DNA of 64,000 bases from an uncultured Gemmatimonadales bacterium (GCA_963757525.1 CAVWRM010000001.1:3591862-3655861), one strand, 5' to 3'. Positions 9,770 to 19,543 are shown, numbered from the stretch's first letter. The notes: generated by a model from the sequence alone, not told the origin. A program made the numbers and translations.

Positions 9770-10308
9770 CCGGCGACCGACCGGGCCATCACCCGGTCGC
9801 ACTGCTGGTCGTTGCCGAGCAGGAAGACTTTGCTCCCCACGTCGACAAACCCGCACTTCCCGTAGAACGCCTTGGCACGCTCGTTACGCTCCCAGACCGC
9901 GAGCCAGATGGTCGCTGCTCCTCGCCGCGCCGCTTCCGCGTCGATGGCTCGTAATAGATCGCGAGCCAGCCCCAGCCCGTGCCAGGGACGATCGACGTAG
10001 AACCTGAGCAGCTCGACGGGAGCGCCTCCCCGCACGGCCTCGGGAGCGGGCCCCTCGCGGAGCTGTGCAAAGCCGGCGAGACGGCCCTCCGACTCGGCCA
10101 CGATCGTCGACATAGCCGGATTGGCGATCTCGACGGCTTGCTGCGCCGGACCATACGCTCTGGCGAGGTACAGCGCCATGTTCTCGGCCGTATTCTCGGC
10201 GGCGAACGCATCGTAGAAGGTGCGCGCGCCCAACTCGGCGAGACGGGCGGCATCGGCGGGCCGGGCGCGGCGGATGGCGAAGTCGGCCTGGTGAGTGTCG
10301 GTGGGCAT
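9766..10308 (-). CDS. GNAT acetyltransferase (PaiA-like)
   Basis: RFYV...HGLGLA, WLAVWERNERAKAFY. Confidence 0.9.
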   Translation of the reverse strand: MPTDTHQADFAIRRARPADAARLAELGARTFYDAFAAENTAENMALYLARAYGPAQQAVEIANPAMSTIVAESEGRLAGFAQLREGPAPEAVRGGAPVELLRFYVDRPWHGLGLARDLLRAIDAEAARRGAATIWLAVWERNERAKAFYGKCGFVDVGSKVFLLGNDQQCDRVMARSVAG

Positions 10309-10430
10309 GGCCCTCGTAGACTGAACGGAACCGCGAGCCGGCGCAAGCGCGGACCCGTCAGCGGGCTCACCCGGCCGGATCTCGAGCACTCGGCGACCCG
10401 GACCCACTCGGCGGCCGGGAAAGGAACGCG

Positions 10431-10931
10431 TCAGCGTCGGGACGAGGGACGCCGCTCCAGCCGTCTCTCCAGGAGGTCGTCACCCAGCGCGAAGCCGTGC
10501 CGCTCGTAAAGCGCACGGCTCCGAGGGGTCGGCCAGAGAAAGACCGCATCGGCACCACACGACTCGCACTCGTCGAGGCATGCCGCAAGAAGCGCCGATC
10601 CGATGCCCGCGCCGCGGCGCTCCGACCGTACGAAAAGGCTGCTCACATAGCCGTGCATCTCGGGCTCTCCCACCGGATTCGGGAGCTTCTCGAGGAGCTG
10701 CAGCCAGCTCATGCCGAGCACCACCTCCGGAGTCTCGGCCATCCAGCACCGCCAGGTTGCCGGGGGATCCAGTCGCGACGCCATCCATCGCCTGCACCGC
10801 TCGAGAAAGGCGGTTTCGTCCTCGACCGGGGGGTCGATCTCCACCCGAAAATCGAAACGAAGCCGCGCGAGGGCGGGCGCATCCGCCGGCCCGGCTCTCC
10901 GAACCGTCGCCGTCGCGTCGTCCGGCCTCAA
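10431..10931 (-). CDS. GNAT acetyltransferase
   Basis: LFVRSERRGAGIG, LYERHGF; TTGA overlap start. Confidence 0.85.
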   Translation of the reverse strand: MRPDDATATVRRAGPADAPALARLRFDFRVEIDPPVEDETAFLERCRRWMASRLDPPATWRCWMAETPEVVLGMSWLQLLEKLPNPVGEPEMHGYVSSLFVRSERRGAGIGSALLAACLDECESCGADAVFLWPTPRSRALYERHGFALGDDLLERRLERRPSSRR

Positions 10932-11524
10932 CCCGGACGCTCGGTGGGCGCCGCCGCGCCTGGGCCGGGCAGCGGCGGCCGCGACCCTCCCTGCCGCTCT
11001 TCCTCCAGCAGCGCCTCGACGGATGGGTATCGGTAGATGACCCGCGCCCCGGCGGTGAACAGGCCGCCGGTGTCCGCCGTCGGGCCATACGTCGAATAGA
11101 GCGGCTGGTTGAGCAGACGGAGGTATACCGTGAGCTGACCCCGATGGTGGGCCGAGTGGGCGATGCGCCGAACCAGCACCCAGGCTCGCGACCGACGGGC
11201 GTCGAAAAAGTTCGTGCTCTCCTCGAACCACTGTGGCGTCATTGCCCGGAGCCGCTCCAGCCGGCGCCGCGACGCCTCGGCATAATGATCGAGAAACTCC
11301 TGCCGGGTTTCCCTGGCCGGCAGTGCCGGCCAGGAGACGTCGATGTCCAGCATCCCAGTCATCCAGACCTCTTCCGACAGACACTGGTGCACCATGTGCT
11401 CGAGCGGGGTGCGCGCCCGGGGCTCGGGCCGCAGACCGAGATCGTCGTCCCGGAATTGGGACCAGACGCTCAGCGTCTTGAGACGCTCGGTCTCATAGGT
11501 ATCGGCGAGGAAGGCGTAGAGCAT
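10928..11524 (-). CDS. DinB family protein
   Basis: RTPLEHMVHQC, AHSAHHRGQL. Confidence 0.85.
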   Translation of the reverse strand: MLYAFLADTYETERLKTLSVWSQFRDDDLGLRPEPRARTPLEHMVHQCLSEEVWMTGMLDIDVSWPALPARETRQEFLDHYAEASRRRLERLRAMTPQWFEESTNFFDARRSRAWVLVRRIAHSAHHRGQLTVYLRLLNQPLYSTYGPTADTGGLFTAGARVIYRYPSVEALLEEERQGGSRPPLPGPGAAAPTERPG

Positions 11525-11582
11525 GCTCTCAAGCTACTCGATGAGCGCATGAAGGAGAGAGGATGAGGGAGTGCGGCGGAGA

Positions 11583-11602
11583 GCCCCGGCACGCGCCGGG
11601 GC
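11583..11602 (-). terminator. GC hairpin downstream of glnK (putative terminator)
   Basis: GCCCCGGC-ACGC-GCCGGGGC perfect 8-bp stem just after the stop; weak U-tract. Confidence 0.4.
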
Positions 11603-11614
11603 CCGTGCTGCAGG

Positions 11615-11977
11615 TCAGACCGGGGTGGGTACTGCCGGCGTGACGGCGGCCTCGTCGCATTCACCGGTGCGGATTCTGCGCACCTGGGCCACGTCGAGGA
11701 CGAAGATCTTGCCGTCACCGACCTCACCGGTATGGGCGGCCGTGAGAATGGCCTTCACTGTTGGATCGACGAACGGTTCGGACACGCCGATCTCCAGGCG
11801 GACCTTTTCCTGCAACTCGACCTTCACCGTGGTCCCCCGGTACGTCTCCACCCGGTCGGTCTCGCCACCGTGGCCAAGCACCCTCGACACCGTCAGACCG
11901 CGGACTTCCGCGCGATACAACGCTTCGAGCACTTCGTTGAGCCGGTCAGGCCGGATGATCGCGACGATCAGCTTCAT
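11615..11977 (-). CDS. glnK: P-II nitrogen regulatory protein
   Basis: MKLIVAIIRP, T-loop YRG, TGEVGDGKIF, RIRTGE; adjacent to amtB. Confidence 0.95.
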   Translation of the reverse strand: MKLIVAIIRPDRLNEVLEALYRAEVRGLTVSRVLGHGGETDRVETYRGTTVKVELQEKVRLEIGVSEPFVDPTVKAILTAAHTGEVGDGKIFVLDVAQVRRIRTGECDEAAVTPAVPTPV

Positions 11978-11992
11978 GACGAGCCTCCGGCG

Positions 11993-13336
11993 TCAGCGCG
12001 CCGCGGGATAGGGGTGGAGAGCCGCGACGGGTGAATCGACGGCCGCCGACTCGGGGATGACCAGGATCGACCCCTCGCCGTTGGAGTAGGCCTCCTCGCC
12101 GTGCTCGGTGATGTCCATTCCCAGACCCTCGGTCCCGCGCACCGCGCGGAGCGACGTCACGAATGCCATCGCCTTCAGGATGAGGAATGTCATGAGGCCG
12201 GCGTAGGCCAGCGAGGTCAGCACGCCGAGCGCCTGCACGCCAAGCTGCGCGGCATTGCCGGCCAGGAGGCCGTCGTTGCCCGCGGCGTTCCACGCTTTCT
12301 GGGCGAAGACGCCGGTCAACAGGGCGCCGGTCATGCCGCCGATCCCGTGGCCCGCGAACACGTCGAGCGAATCATCGAGCCGGGTGCGTGAGCGATAGAC
12401 GATCGCGAAATAGCTGGGCAGCGCGGCGATGCCGCCGAGGAGCAACGCACCGGCTGGACTTACAAACCCGGCGGCGGGCGTGATCGCGACGAGGCCCACC
12501 ACGATGCCCGTCGCTCCACCGACGGCGGTCGCGCGACCGGTGCGGACATAGTCGAGCAGGACCCAGACCACCAGCGTGGCCATGGGGGCCAGGAACGTGT
12601 TGGTAAAGGCGAGCCCGGCGAGCTCGTTGGCCGCGAGCGCGCTGCCGCCGTTGAAGCCGAACCAGCCGAACCAGAGCAGGCCGGCTCCCAGGAGCACGAA
12701 CGGCACGTTGTGCGGGAGAATGGCCTGCCGCCCGTAATCCTTGCGAGCGCCAAGCACGAGCGCCGCGACCAGCGCCGATACGCCGGCGTTGATGTGCACG
12801 ACGGTGCCGCCCGCGAAATCGAGGACGCCGCGGCTCATGAGCCAGCCGCCGCCCCAGACCCAGTGCGCGACGGGCGCATAGACCAGCAAGGTCCAGAGGG
12901 CGATGAAGACGAGATACGGTCCGAACCGCATCCGCTCGACGATCGCGCCGGAGATGAGGGCGGCCGTGATGATCGCGAAGGTGCCCTGGTAGGCCATGAA
13001 GAGCACGTGGGGTATCGTCCCCTTCGCCTCGGTGCCCACCCCGCCCAGCAGCGCGTTCGCGGTGCCGCCGATCCACGCATTCCCTTCGCCGAAGGCCAGG
13101 GTGTACGCCAGGAGAGCCCACACGATGCCGACGACGCCCAGGGAGGCGAAGCTCATCATCATCGTATTGAGCGAGTTCTTGGAGCGGACCAGTCCGCCGT
13201 AGAAGAAGGCGAGGGCGGGCGTCATGAGCAGCACCAGGGCGGTGGCAACCAGCATCCATGCCGTGTCGGCGGGCACCACGGCGGAAGCCGCGGGGGCCCC
13301 GTCCTGGAGCGAGGCGACGAGAGCGAGATGGGTCAC
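11993..13336 (-). CDS. amtB: ammonium transporter
   Basis: DTAWML, LDFAGGTVVH, WFGWFGFNGGS, DDSLDVF..HG. Confidence 0.97.
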   Translation of the reverse strand: MTHLALVASLQDGAPAASAVVPADTAWMLVATALVLLMTPALAFFYGGLVRSKNSLNTMMMSFASLGVVGIVWALLAYTLAFGEGNAWIGGTANALLGGVGTEAKGTIPHVLFMAYQGTFAIITAALISGAIVERMRFGPYLVFIALWTLLVYAPVAHWVWGGGWLMSRGVLDFAGGTVVHINAGVSALVAALVLGARKDYGRQAILPHNVPFVLLGAGLLWFGWFGFNGGSALAANELAGLAFTNTFLAPMATLVVWVLLDYVRTGRATAVGGATGIVVGLVAITPAAGFVSPAGALLLGGIAALPSYFAIVYRSRTRLDDSLDVFAGHGIGGMTGALLTGVFAQKAWNAAGNDGLLAGNAAQLGVQALGVLTSLAYAGLMTFLILKAMAFVTSLRAVRGTEGLGMDITEHGEEAYSNGEGSILVIPESAAVDSPVAALHPYPAAR

Positions 13337-13391
13337 ATCGGTCTCCTCAGGGAACAGGTTGAGGGCGGGCTCACCTGCCCCGGCCTACAAA

Positions 13392-13420
13392 ATTGTACGG
13401 TCCCCGCCTGTCCCGCACAA
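13392..13420 (-). promoter_or_regulatory. putative sigma70 promoter of amtB-glnK
   Basis: minus strand TTGTGC-N17-TACAAT; -10 lies within palindrome TACAA-AA-TTGTA (13386-13397). Confidence 0.55.
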
Positions 13421-13549
13421 GTCCCCTGTCAGCAGAAATATGCAGTTTTGACACGAATGGAGCCGCATTGCTCCAGATTTGCCCTCATTTTCGAGTTTCT
13501 GAACACCCTTCGGTGCCTGTTATGCGCTCTCGTGCATACATGAACCGGC

Positions 13550-13903
13550 TCAGGCCCCGGCCGGCCGGGCCTTCTCGATCGTCCGCGCCAGCTCCCCCGC
13601 CGCAGTCCCCAGAGCCGGCAGCTCCTCGTGCCGGGTGCTCATGGCCCCGGAGCGGAGGTCCGACTCGAGCCCCCGGCAAATCTCCTTGGCCCGCCGGAGC
13701 CGGAAGCTCTCCTGGAAAGCGCGGTAGTCGTTCGCGCTCCCCGCGCTCAGCAGGCCCCAGAGGCGCAACCGGAGGTCGTCCACGGAACTCTTGAACTCGC
13801 CCAGCGCGCTGCTGGGTATCTCGCCCTGTGTCATGCGCCGCTCGATCGCCTGCAGTGCCGAGTTGAGTACCGTGACCTGCTCAGCGAAGCTTGCCTCTGC
13901 CAT
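13550..13903 (-). CDS. hypothetical helical protein
   Basis: GGAGG SD, ATG start, amphipathic helical composition. Confidence 0.7.
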   Translation of the reverse strand: MAEASFAEQVTVLNSALQAIERRMTQGEIPSSALGEFKSSVDDLRLRLWGLLSAGSANDYRAFQESFRLRRAKEICRGLESDLRSGAMSTRHEELPALGTAAGELARTIEKARPAGA

Positions 13904-13936
13904 TCACCCTCCCGGTTGAGCGCGAGAACATCCGAG

Positions 13937-14392
13937 CTAGGAGTCCGCCCCCACGCCTCTGGCCATTGCGGTGGCGGCGGCAACCATGACGATGAGGAGC
14001 ACGACCTGGAGGTAGCTGATCGCCGCGAGCCGCGAGGCGGGACCGGTGTCGACCGCCTGGCCCTTCGCGACGGCCACGCGCCACCTGATCAACGTGATCA
14101 TCGGCCAGAGCTCGAGCAGCAAGATCGCGGCCAGCGACGTCATCTTGAGCCAGAACACATGATTATGCAGGTAATAGCCGGTAGGCTTCTCGATGCTCGC
14201 CAGCAGCCGCCACAATCCACTGCCGATCAGCAGAATCGCCGAGACACCCCACCACGCGTCGGCGGTGAAGAGCCGGCGAAGTCCGGACCCGTCGAGGGTA
14301 CCCCGGAAGCTCTCCGCTCTCGCCCAGATCGATCCGAGACCGATCCCGAACCCCAGCAGGTGCACGGCGGCGAGCATTACCCTGGCGGTCAC
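13937..14392 (-). CDS. DUF2214 family membrane protein
   Basis: HLLG, ADAWWG, EKP..YY.HN.VFWLK, LE.WPM..L..WR, MARG. Confidence 0.85.
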   Translation of the reverse strand: MTARVMLAAVHLLGFGIGLGSIWARAESFRGTLDGSGLRRLFTADAWWGVSAILLIGSGLWRLLASIEKPTGYYLHNHVFWLKMTSLAAILLLELWPMITLIRWRVAVAKGQAVDTGPASRLAAISYLQVVLLIVMVAAATAMARGVGADS

Positions 14393-15009
14393 GTCCCGTC
14401 TTCCCATGCCGACTCCCACAACTCGGGATAGTGAACGACCACTCCAGCCGCGTTCACCTCGAGTTCCGCGGAGACGGAGCCGCCGAGCGCCTCATAGCGA
14501 TATCGCCGATCGGCGATATGGCGGTAGACCTGGGACAGGGGCCGCAGCGTGAGCTCGGGAACCTGAAGCCACGCGGCGGTGACGTCGGCCGAGTGCCCCA
14601 CGGGGAGGTCGAGGCGGCGGATGGGCAGCATGTTGGTGGATGGACTGAACGACAGGTCGAGATCGATGCAGCCGGATACCTCGGGACACGGCCGGCCGTT
14701 GAGACGCCAGTCGTGACGAGCATCCGCCGCCAGGTCCAGGCGGATGCAGCGGCCGCCCATCCATCCGGTGATCTTGGCGTGGAGGGTCTGCCAACCCGCG
14801 GAACAGGCGACGAGGTACTCGAGCCGACAGGGCAGCCCTTCATGGGCAAAGACCGCGCTGCCGCTCAGGTGCCAGAACGGATCATGAAAGATCAGCCGCG
14901 CCGCTTCATGACCCGGCTGATCGAGCCTTCGCCACAACATCAATTGCTCCGTCAAGGGTCCTTCCCCGGAAGCGCGGGATGCCTGCTCGTCCCCTTGGAT
15001 CCGCATCAC
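14389..15009 (-). CDS. putative glycolipid-binding domain protein
   Basis: WRRLDQPGHE, GCIDLDLSFSPSTNMLPIRRL, YPELW. Confidence 0.85.
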   Translation of the reverse strand: MMRIQGDEQASRASGEGPLTEQLMLWRRLDQPGHEAARLIFHDPFWHLSGSAVFAHEGLPCRLEYLVACSAGWQTLHAKITGWMGGRCIRLDLAADARHDWRLNGRPCPEVSGCIDLDLSFSPSTNMLPIRRLDLPVGHSADVTAAWLQVPELTLRPLSQVYRHIADRRYRYEALGGSVSAELEVNAAGVVVHYPELWESAWEDGT

Positions 15010-15302
15010 TCGTAATCAGTATAGGCCGGCGTGTCTATGCGCGAGCCGGTCCGCACGTCGCGCAGCTCATGAACCAGTGTGACGGTGCCGGGTCCCCGGG
15101 TCACCCGTGACTCCAACAGCTCGAAGCGGGCGGCATCACCGAAGCCCTGCTCGTTCAGTCGCTCCGCCTCACCGCGACACACATCGCCTGGGGTCGGCCG
15201 ACTGGCCGGATAGGCGTCCTCGTGGTGCTGCACGAGCGCGCGCCAATGCTCGTCGCCGGCCCGTTCCACGGAGGCCCGAACGTCATCTCGCGTCAGCGCC
15301 AT
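15006..15302 (-). CDS. hypothetical protein
   Basis: ATGA overlap with next gene; protein-like composition. Confidence 0.7.
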   Translation of the reverse strand: MALTRDDVRASVERAGDEHWRALVQHHEDAYPASRPTPGDVCRGEAERLNEQGFGDAARFELLESRVTRGPGTVTLVHELRDVRTGSRIDTPAYTDYE

Positions 15303-15369
15303 CGCAATGCCCCGTCGGTCATAGGGTCCGCCGGTTTTCGCGCGGATGTGCGACCTGCCTGCTGCCCGG

Positions 15370-15522
15370 TCATCCTCGCCGCTTGAAGTACTGGACGGCG
15401 CGCTCGTGCCGCTCCGCCGCGGCCCGCGACTTGAAGGTGCCGAGGTTGCGACGCCTTCCCGTCCTGGGATTCTTCTTCTTCGAGTACAGACGATACTCGC
15501 CCGAAGCCAGTTTGCGAATCAT
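15370..15522 (-). CDS. 50-aa basic small protein (MIRKLASGEYRLYSKKKNPRTGRRRNLGTF...HERAVQYFKRRG), not in ORF track
   Basis: translated by hand; GGAG SD, ATG 15522, TGA 15370-15372. Confidence 0.8.
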   Translation of the reverse strand: MIRKLASGEYRLYSKKKNPRTGRRRNLGTFKSRAAAERHERAVQYFKRRG

Positions 15523-15695
15523 GTCATCTCCGATGCACGTCGGTCGTCCCGCGGTGCGGGCCGGTATCCATCGTTACAAACTCCACTGGGCCGCTTGCCC
15601 GGAGCGTGATTCAAGTCACCTCATGAGGGCCGGAGGGTTCCTATGTTCGCATCGCGAAGGCAATACGGCCTGTGGACCGACGAAAGGACGATCCT

Positions 15696-15941
15696 ATGAA
15701 ATGGCATACAGTTGCACTCCCCGCGATCGTAGCAGCCGCTCTGGTCGGCTGCACGAACAAGTCCGGGACGGGCGGCGAGACCGGCGCCGTGCCGGGCGGA
15801 GCCGCGACGGACACGAGCATGGCCGCTCCGGCGCCGACACCCTCGGCAACCGACACGACGGCTATGGGGGCGCCCGGGACGGACACGATGGGCACGTCAT
15901 CCGATACGGGCAGCAACACCGCCGACAGCAGCGCGAAGTAG
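15696..15941 (+). CDS. low-complexity Thr/Ser/Asp-rich lipoprotein
   Basis: AAGGA SD; lipobox ALVGC; disordered tail. Confidence 0.75.
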   Translation: MKWHTVALPAIVAAALVGCTNKSGTGGETGAVPGGAATDTSMAAPAPTPSATDTTAMGAPGTDTMGTSSDTGSNTADSSAK

Positions 15942-15952
15942 GCCGATCCCGT

Positions 15953-15980
15953 CGGAGGGGGGCCCGCTGGCCACCCTCCG
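15953..15980. terminator. hairpin between convergent genes (putative terminator)
   Basis: CGGAGGG-G-GGCC / GGCC-A-CCCTCCG stem with one mismatch. Confidence 0.45.
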
Positions 15981-16031
15981 CGGGCGATGCCCGCCATCTG
16001 ACCCCCACCGACATCGGTTCGAGACTCACCG

Positions 16032-16517
16032 TCACGCGCTCCCCGCGGGCCAGTCTCCGAGGAGCCGCCGCACGACGATCAGCTGGCCGACGTGATAGGC
16101 GGAATGATCCGCGACGAGCAGCAATTCCCGCAGGTAAGTCTGCCCGCCGCCGTGGGGAATCTTCGCATCGAGCTGGATCGCGTCATCGAGCGCCATCGCG
16201 CGGAGCGCCCCCCTGTCGTCTCGAAAACGCCGCAGACTCTCGGCCCAGGCCTGCTCCGATCCCGGTGCTCTCGACGCAGGCCAGTAGTCGTCGGGCCACT
16301 TCATCTCCCGATAGCCCGGATTGCGGCAGAAATCCAGGATGTCGAATTGGGTGATGCGGAGATGCTCCACCAGTTGCCACGGCGAGTATGGGAGTCCCTC
16401 GGGCTGAGCCCCGCGAAGCCGGGCCGGGACCGCGTGGACCACGGTGTCGAAGGAAGCGTGCGCGTCTTCCCAGTCGAGCAGGCGCGCCAGGTGCTCGCGA
16501 AGCGATCGATCGGACAT
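16032..16517 (-). CDS. DinB family protein
   Basis: PYSPWQLVEHLRITQ.DIL, ADHSAYHVGQ. Confidence 0.9.
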   Translation of the reverse strand: MSDRSLREHLARLLDWEDAHASFDTVVHAVPARLRGAQPEGLPYSPWQLVEHLRITQFDILDFCRNPGYREMKWPDDYWPASRAPGSEQAWAESLRRFRDDRGALRAMALDDAIQLDAKIPHGGGQTYLRELLLVADHSAYHVGQLIVVRRLLGDWPAGSA

Positions 16518-16524
16518 GCGTTTG

Positions 16525-17838
16525 TTATCCCGTGAGCCCCGGCGCGCGGGCCCGCCGGCTGACGATGAATACGAGGGCGGCCACGAGGAGCGTGCCCACG
16601 ACCGACCCGAGCTCGTGCCAGGTGGATTGCGCGGCCAGCCAGATCATGGCAAGGGCCCCGAGCGCGGCGACAAGACGCTGCAGGAGGAGCGGCACGGGCG
16701 GGTGGCCGCCCCCCGGCGACCGCTCCGCAAAGAGGAACGCGGCACAGCAGACCATTCCGTACAATATCGCGATGGTCACGCTCGCGAGAATGGCCAGCTT
16801 CGCGAAGGTGCGCGTAGCGGCGAAGACCATGGTAATGCCGGCGTGGAGCAGCACGGCCACGAAGGGGATGCGCGTGCGCGGATGCAGCGCGGCCAGCGCG
16901 CCGGGCAGAATGCGGTCCCGGCCGAACGCGTAGAGAATCCTCGAGCAGCCGAGCAGGGTCCCCGCCAGATGGCCGAGCATGCTGAACACCATGCCTCCCA
17001 GCATCAACTCGCGTCCCGCCGGCAGCGCGACCCCGACGGCGTCGGCCAGCGGCGCGGGCGAGCCGGCCAGTCGGCTGCCGAGGACGCCCTGCGCGACGAG
17101 ATGGGTGGCGGTGTACAGGACCACGACCAGCGCGATCCCGCTGAGCATCCCGATCGGCACCGTGCGTCGCGAATCGCGGATCTCACCGCTCGCGCCCACC
17201 GCCGCCTCCATGCCCGCGAGCGCGAACAGAATGAGAATCGTCGCGCGACCGAGATGGCCGGCGTCCACCTCATCGGGCCAGCGCAGGTTTCCGGGGTCTA
17301 CGGCTCGCGATGCGACGACGAGGAAGAGGAGCAGCGTGCCCAGCTTCACGGCCGTGGTCGCCACGATGAGTCGGCTGCCGAGGCGAATCGCGACGAGACT
17401 CAGCGCCACCGGGCCCGCGTATACGATGCCGACGAGGATGAGTCGGGCGATGGCGCTCTGGAGCCGAGGGTCGGCCTCGATGGCGAGACCCACCAGGGCG
17501 GCGATCAGACTCGCGCTGGCGAGCGCCCCGGAGAGCCACGTCAGGACGCCGGCCAGATAGCCGACGAAGGGACCGAACGCCGCCTCGACGTAGGCGTAGG
17601 CTCCTCCGGTACGGGTGACCCTCGCACCGACGATGCCGAACGAGCAGGCGACGAGCAGCAGCGCGCTCCCGCAAATGACATACGCGAGCACGCCGGCTGC
17701 GCCGACCTCGCCGGCCACGACAGCCGGCAGTACGAAGATCCCTCCGCCCACGACGACGTTGACCACCGCCGCGGTCATGGCCACCGGTCCGATCCCGCGG
17801 ACCAGTCCTTCGTCCTCCTTCGCCGCGGGTCTTAACAC
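16525..17838 (-). CDS. APC family amino acid permease
   Basis: VGGGIFVLP, GGAYAYV..AFG, SRILYAFGRD, about 12 TMs. Confidence 0.9.
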   Translation of the reverse strand: MLRPAAKEDEGLVRGIGPVAMTAAVVNVVVGGGIFVLPAVVAGEVGAAGVLAYVICGSALLLVACSFGIVGARVTRTGGAYAYVEAAFGPFVGYLAGVLTWLSGALASASLIAALVGLAIEADPRLQSAIARLILVGIVYAGPVALSLVAIRLGSRLIVATTAVKLGTLLLFLVVASRAVDPGNLRWPDEVDAGHLGRATILILFALAGMEAAVGASGEIRDSRRTVPIGMLSGIALVVVLYTATHLVAQGVLGSRLAGSPAPLADAVGVALPAGRELMLGGMVFSMLGHLAGTLLGCSRILYAFGRDRILPGALAALHPRTRIPFVAVLLHAGITMVFAATRTFAKLAILASVTIAILYGMVCCAAFLFAERSPGGGHPPVPLLLQRLVAALGALAMIWLAAQSTWHELGSVVGTLLVAALVFIVSRRARAPGLTG

Positions 17839-17888
17839 GGGGGGCGCCGGGGCGTCCCTCTGTGTGCCTTACGCATGGAGCGTCGACA

Positions 17889-18203
17889 ATGAGATCGAGT
17901 CATCGCCTGCGGATCCTTGCGCTCTCGGCGGGGCTGGCCGTCGCCGCGGGCTGCGCCGCGAGCCCGCCGCCGGGCCGCGTATATGTCGTGGAGCGCCCGC
18001 CGCCCACCCGCGTCGACGTGATTCCGCGGCGACCGGGGCCGGCGTATGTGTGGGTGCCCGGCTACTGGAGCCGGGCGCCGCGCGGGTACGCGTGGGTGAC
18101 GGGACGCTACCTGGTTCCGCCCCGGGCCCGCCGAGCCTGGGTGCCGGGCGAATGGCATCACGCACGCGGCGGCTGGTATTTCGTGGAGGGACATTGGCGG
18201 TGA
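17889..18203 (+). CDS. YXWGXW-repeat lipoprotein
   Basis: AAGC lipobox; WVPGYW, WVTGRY, WVPGEW, FVEGHW repeats. Confidence 0.85.
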   Translation: MRSSHRLRILALSAGLAVAAGCAASPPPGRVYVVERPPPTRVDVIPRRPGPAYVWVPGYWSRAPRGYAWVTGRYLVPPRARRAWVPGEWHHARGGWYFVEGHWR

Positions 18204-18227
18204 AGTGGCGCCGGCGCGGGCGTCGCT

Positions 18228-18698
18228 TCACGCGCCGAGCGTTCGCGTCAGTCGGTCGAGCAACTCGCTCTGGGCCGGATTGATCCTTCCCCTAGCTTCG
18301 GCCAACGCGAACCACGCGCACCGATCGACCTCCGGAAAGGTGAGGAATCGTCCGGACCCTCGAGGCCACTCCATCGTCGCCGCGTTGCTGCGGGCGGTGC
18401 GTGGATCGGCATCCCCCTCCCACGCCCACGCGTGAACCACCTTCCCCCCCTTCTGCTTCACCGTCCCGAGCGAGTGAAAGGGACCTGACGGCACGACGCC
18501 GGTCTCTTCCTCAAACTCCCGCCGGGCCGCGTCGAGCGGCGACTCACCCGAATCGATCATGCCCTTGGGAATGGTCCACGCTCCGGCGTCGCGCGCCTGC
18601 CAGAACGGGCCACCAGGATGGGCCAGAAAGACCTCGAGGCCGGCCGGCGTGTGGCGAAACAACAGGAGCCCGGCGCTGAGATTCGAAGACGCGGTCAT
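18228..18698 (-). CDS. NUDIX hydrolase
   Basis: HPGGPFW, WTIPKG...AARREFEEETG. Confidence 0.9.
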   Translation of the reverse strand: MTASSNLSAGLLLFRHTPAGLEVFLAHPGGPFWQARDAGAWTIPKGMIDSGESPLDAARREFEEETGVVPSGPFHSLGTVKQKGGKVVHAWAWEGDADPRTARSNAATMEWPRGSGRFLTFPEVDRCAWFALAEARGRINPAQSELLDRLTRTLGA

Positions 18699-18715
18699 CG
18701 CCGGAGAGAATGGCG

Positions 18716-19042
18716 TCAGTAGCCGGTGTTGTGGAATCCCCGGAGCCGTGTGGGCAGGTCGTACGGCTCGGTCATCAGGATCTTGCCGGTCGGGGCGACG
18801 TAGATGCGCACGCTCGACGCGCCGGGTATCAGCGTGGGGCCGAACGCGAATCGCCACGCCCGCGGATGGCCACGCAACTGCGACATCCCGTGCCAGAGGA
18901 AGGTGGTGGACCGATTCCCCATCTGGGGAGGAGGAGCGCCGAGCAGCTCGCCTACGCTGTTGAACGCCACGGCCCAGGACGCACCATAGAGGAGCGCGCC
19001 GACGAACGCGAGAATCAGGACCCACCAGAAGAGACGCGCCAC
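18716..19042 (-). CDS. membrane-anchored hypothetical protein
   Basis: GGAGG SD; N-terminal TM helix. Confidence 0.65.
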   Translation of the reverse strand: MARLFWWVLILAFVGALLYGASWAVAFNSVGELLGAPPPQMGNRSTTFLWHGMSQLRGHPRAWRFAFGPTLIPGASSVRIYVAPTGKILMTEPYDLPTRLRGFHNTGY

Positions 19043-19048
19043 CGGTCA

Positions 19049-19504
19049 TCACCTCCGGCCGAATGTCCACTCGGTATTGAGACCGACCCAGATACAGACC
19101 GCCGCCACCACGAGGTACAGTGCCGCCGTCGGCGCGTCGCCAATCATCCGGCGCAGCCAGCGCGCCTTGTAGTGCTCCCAGAACCACCAGGGTCGCAGCA
19201 CGGTCAGCACCCCGATGAAGACTCCGCATCCCACCCAGAACACGCGGTCGAGGCTCCATCCCGCCGACCACGATACCAGCCAAAGCGTGCCGCCGACGGC
19301 GATGGTGACGGCCATCAGCACGACACCGCCGCGCCAGCCGGAGCGCGGGCGCCCGCCGGCCGGCCCCGCGCCACCGGAGAAGTAGTCGCCGGCGGCGACG
19401 GCAAAGAGCGTAAGACTGGTGAGCGTGAGCGCGAGGGCGGTTGCCTTGAGATGTCCGGGAGACACGATATCGCCTCGTCCGACGGGAACATCCGGGTCCA
19501 TCAC
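19049..19504 (-). CDS. hypothetical membrane protein (start uncertain)
   Basis: several hydrophobic segments, Trp-rich RPWWFW. Confidence 0.5.
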   Translation of the reverse strand: MMDPDVPVGRGDIVSPGHLKATALALTLTSLTLFAVAAGDYFSGGAGPAGGRPRSGWRGGVVLMAVTIAVGGTLWLVSWSAGWSLDRVFWVGCGVFIGVLTVLRPWWFWEHYKARWLRRMIGDAPTAALYLVVAAVCIWVGLNTEWTFGRR

Positions 19505-19543
19505 GTCACGTCATCGTAAAAGTGCGCTGCCGTGCGGTGCGAG

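Noticed and set aside
15346-15609. 87-aa plus-strand ORF
   Set aside because: Better explained as the shadow of the SD-led 50-aa minus-strand gene
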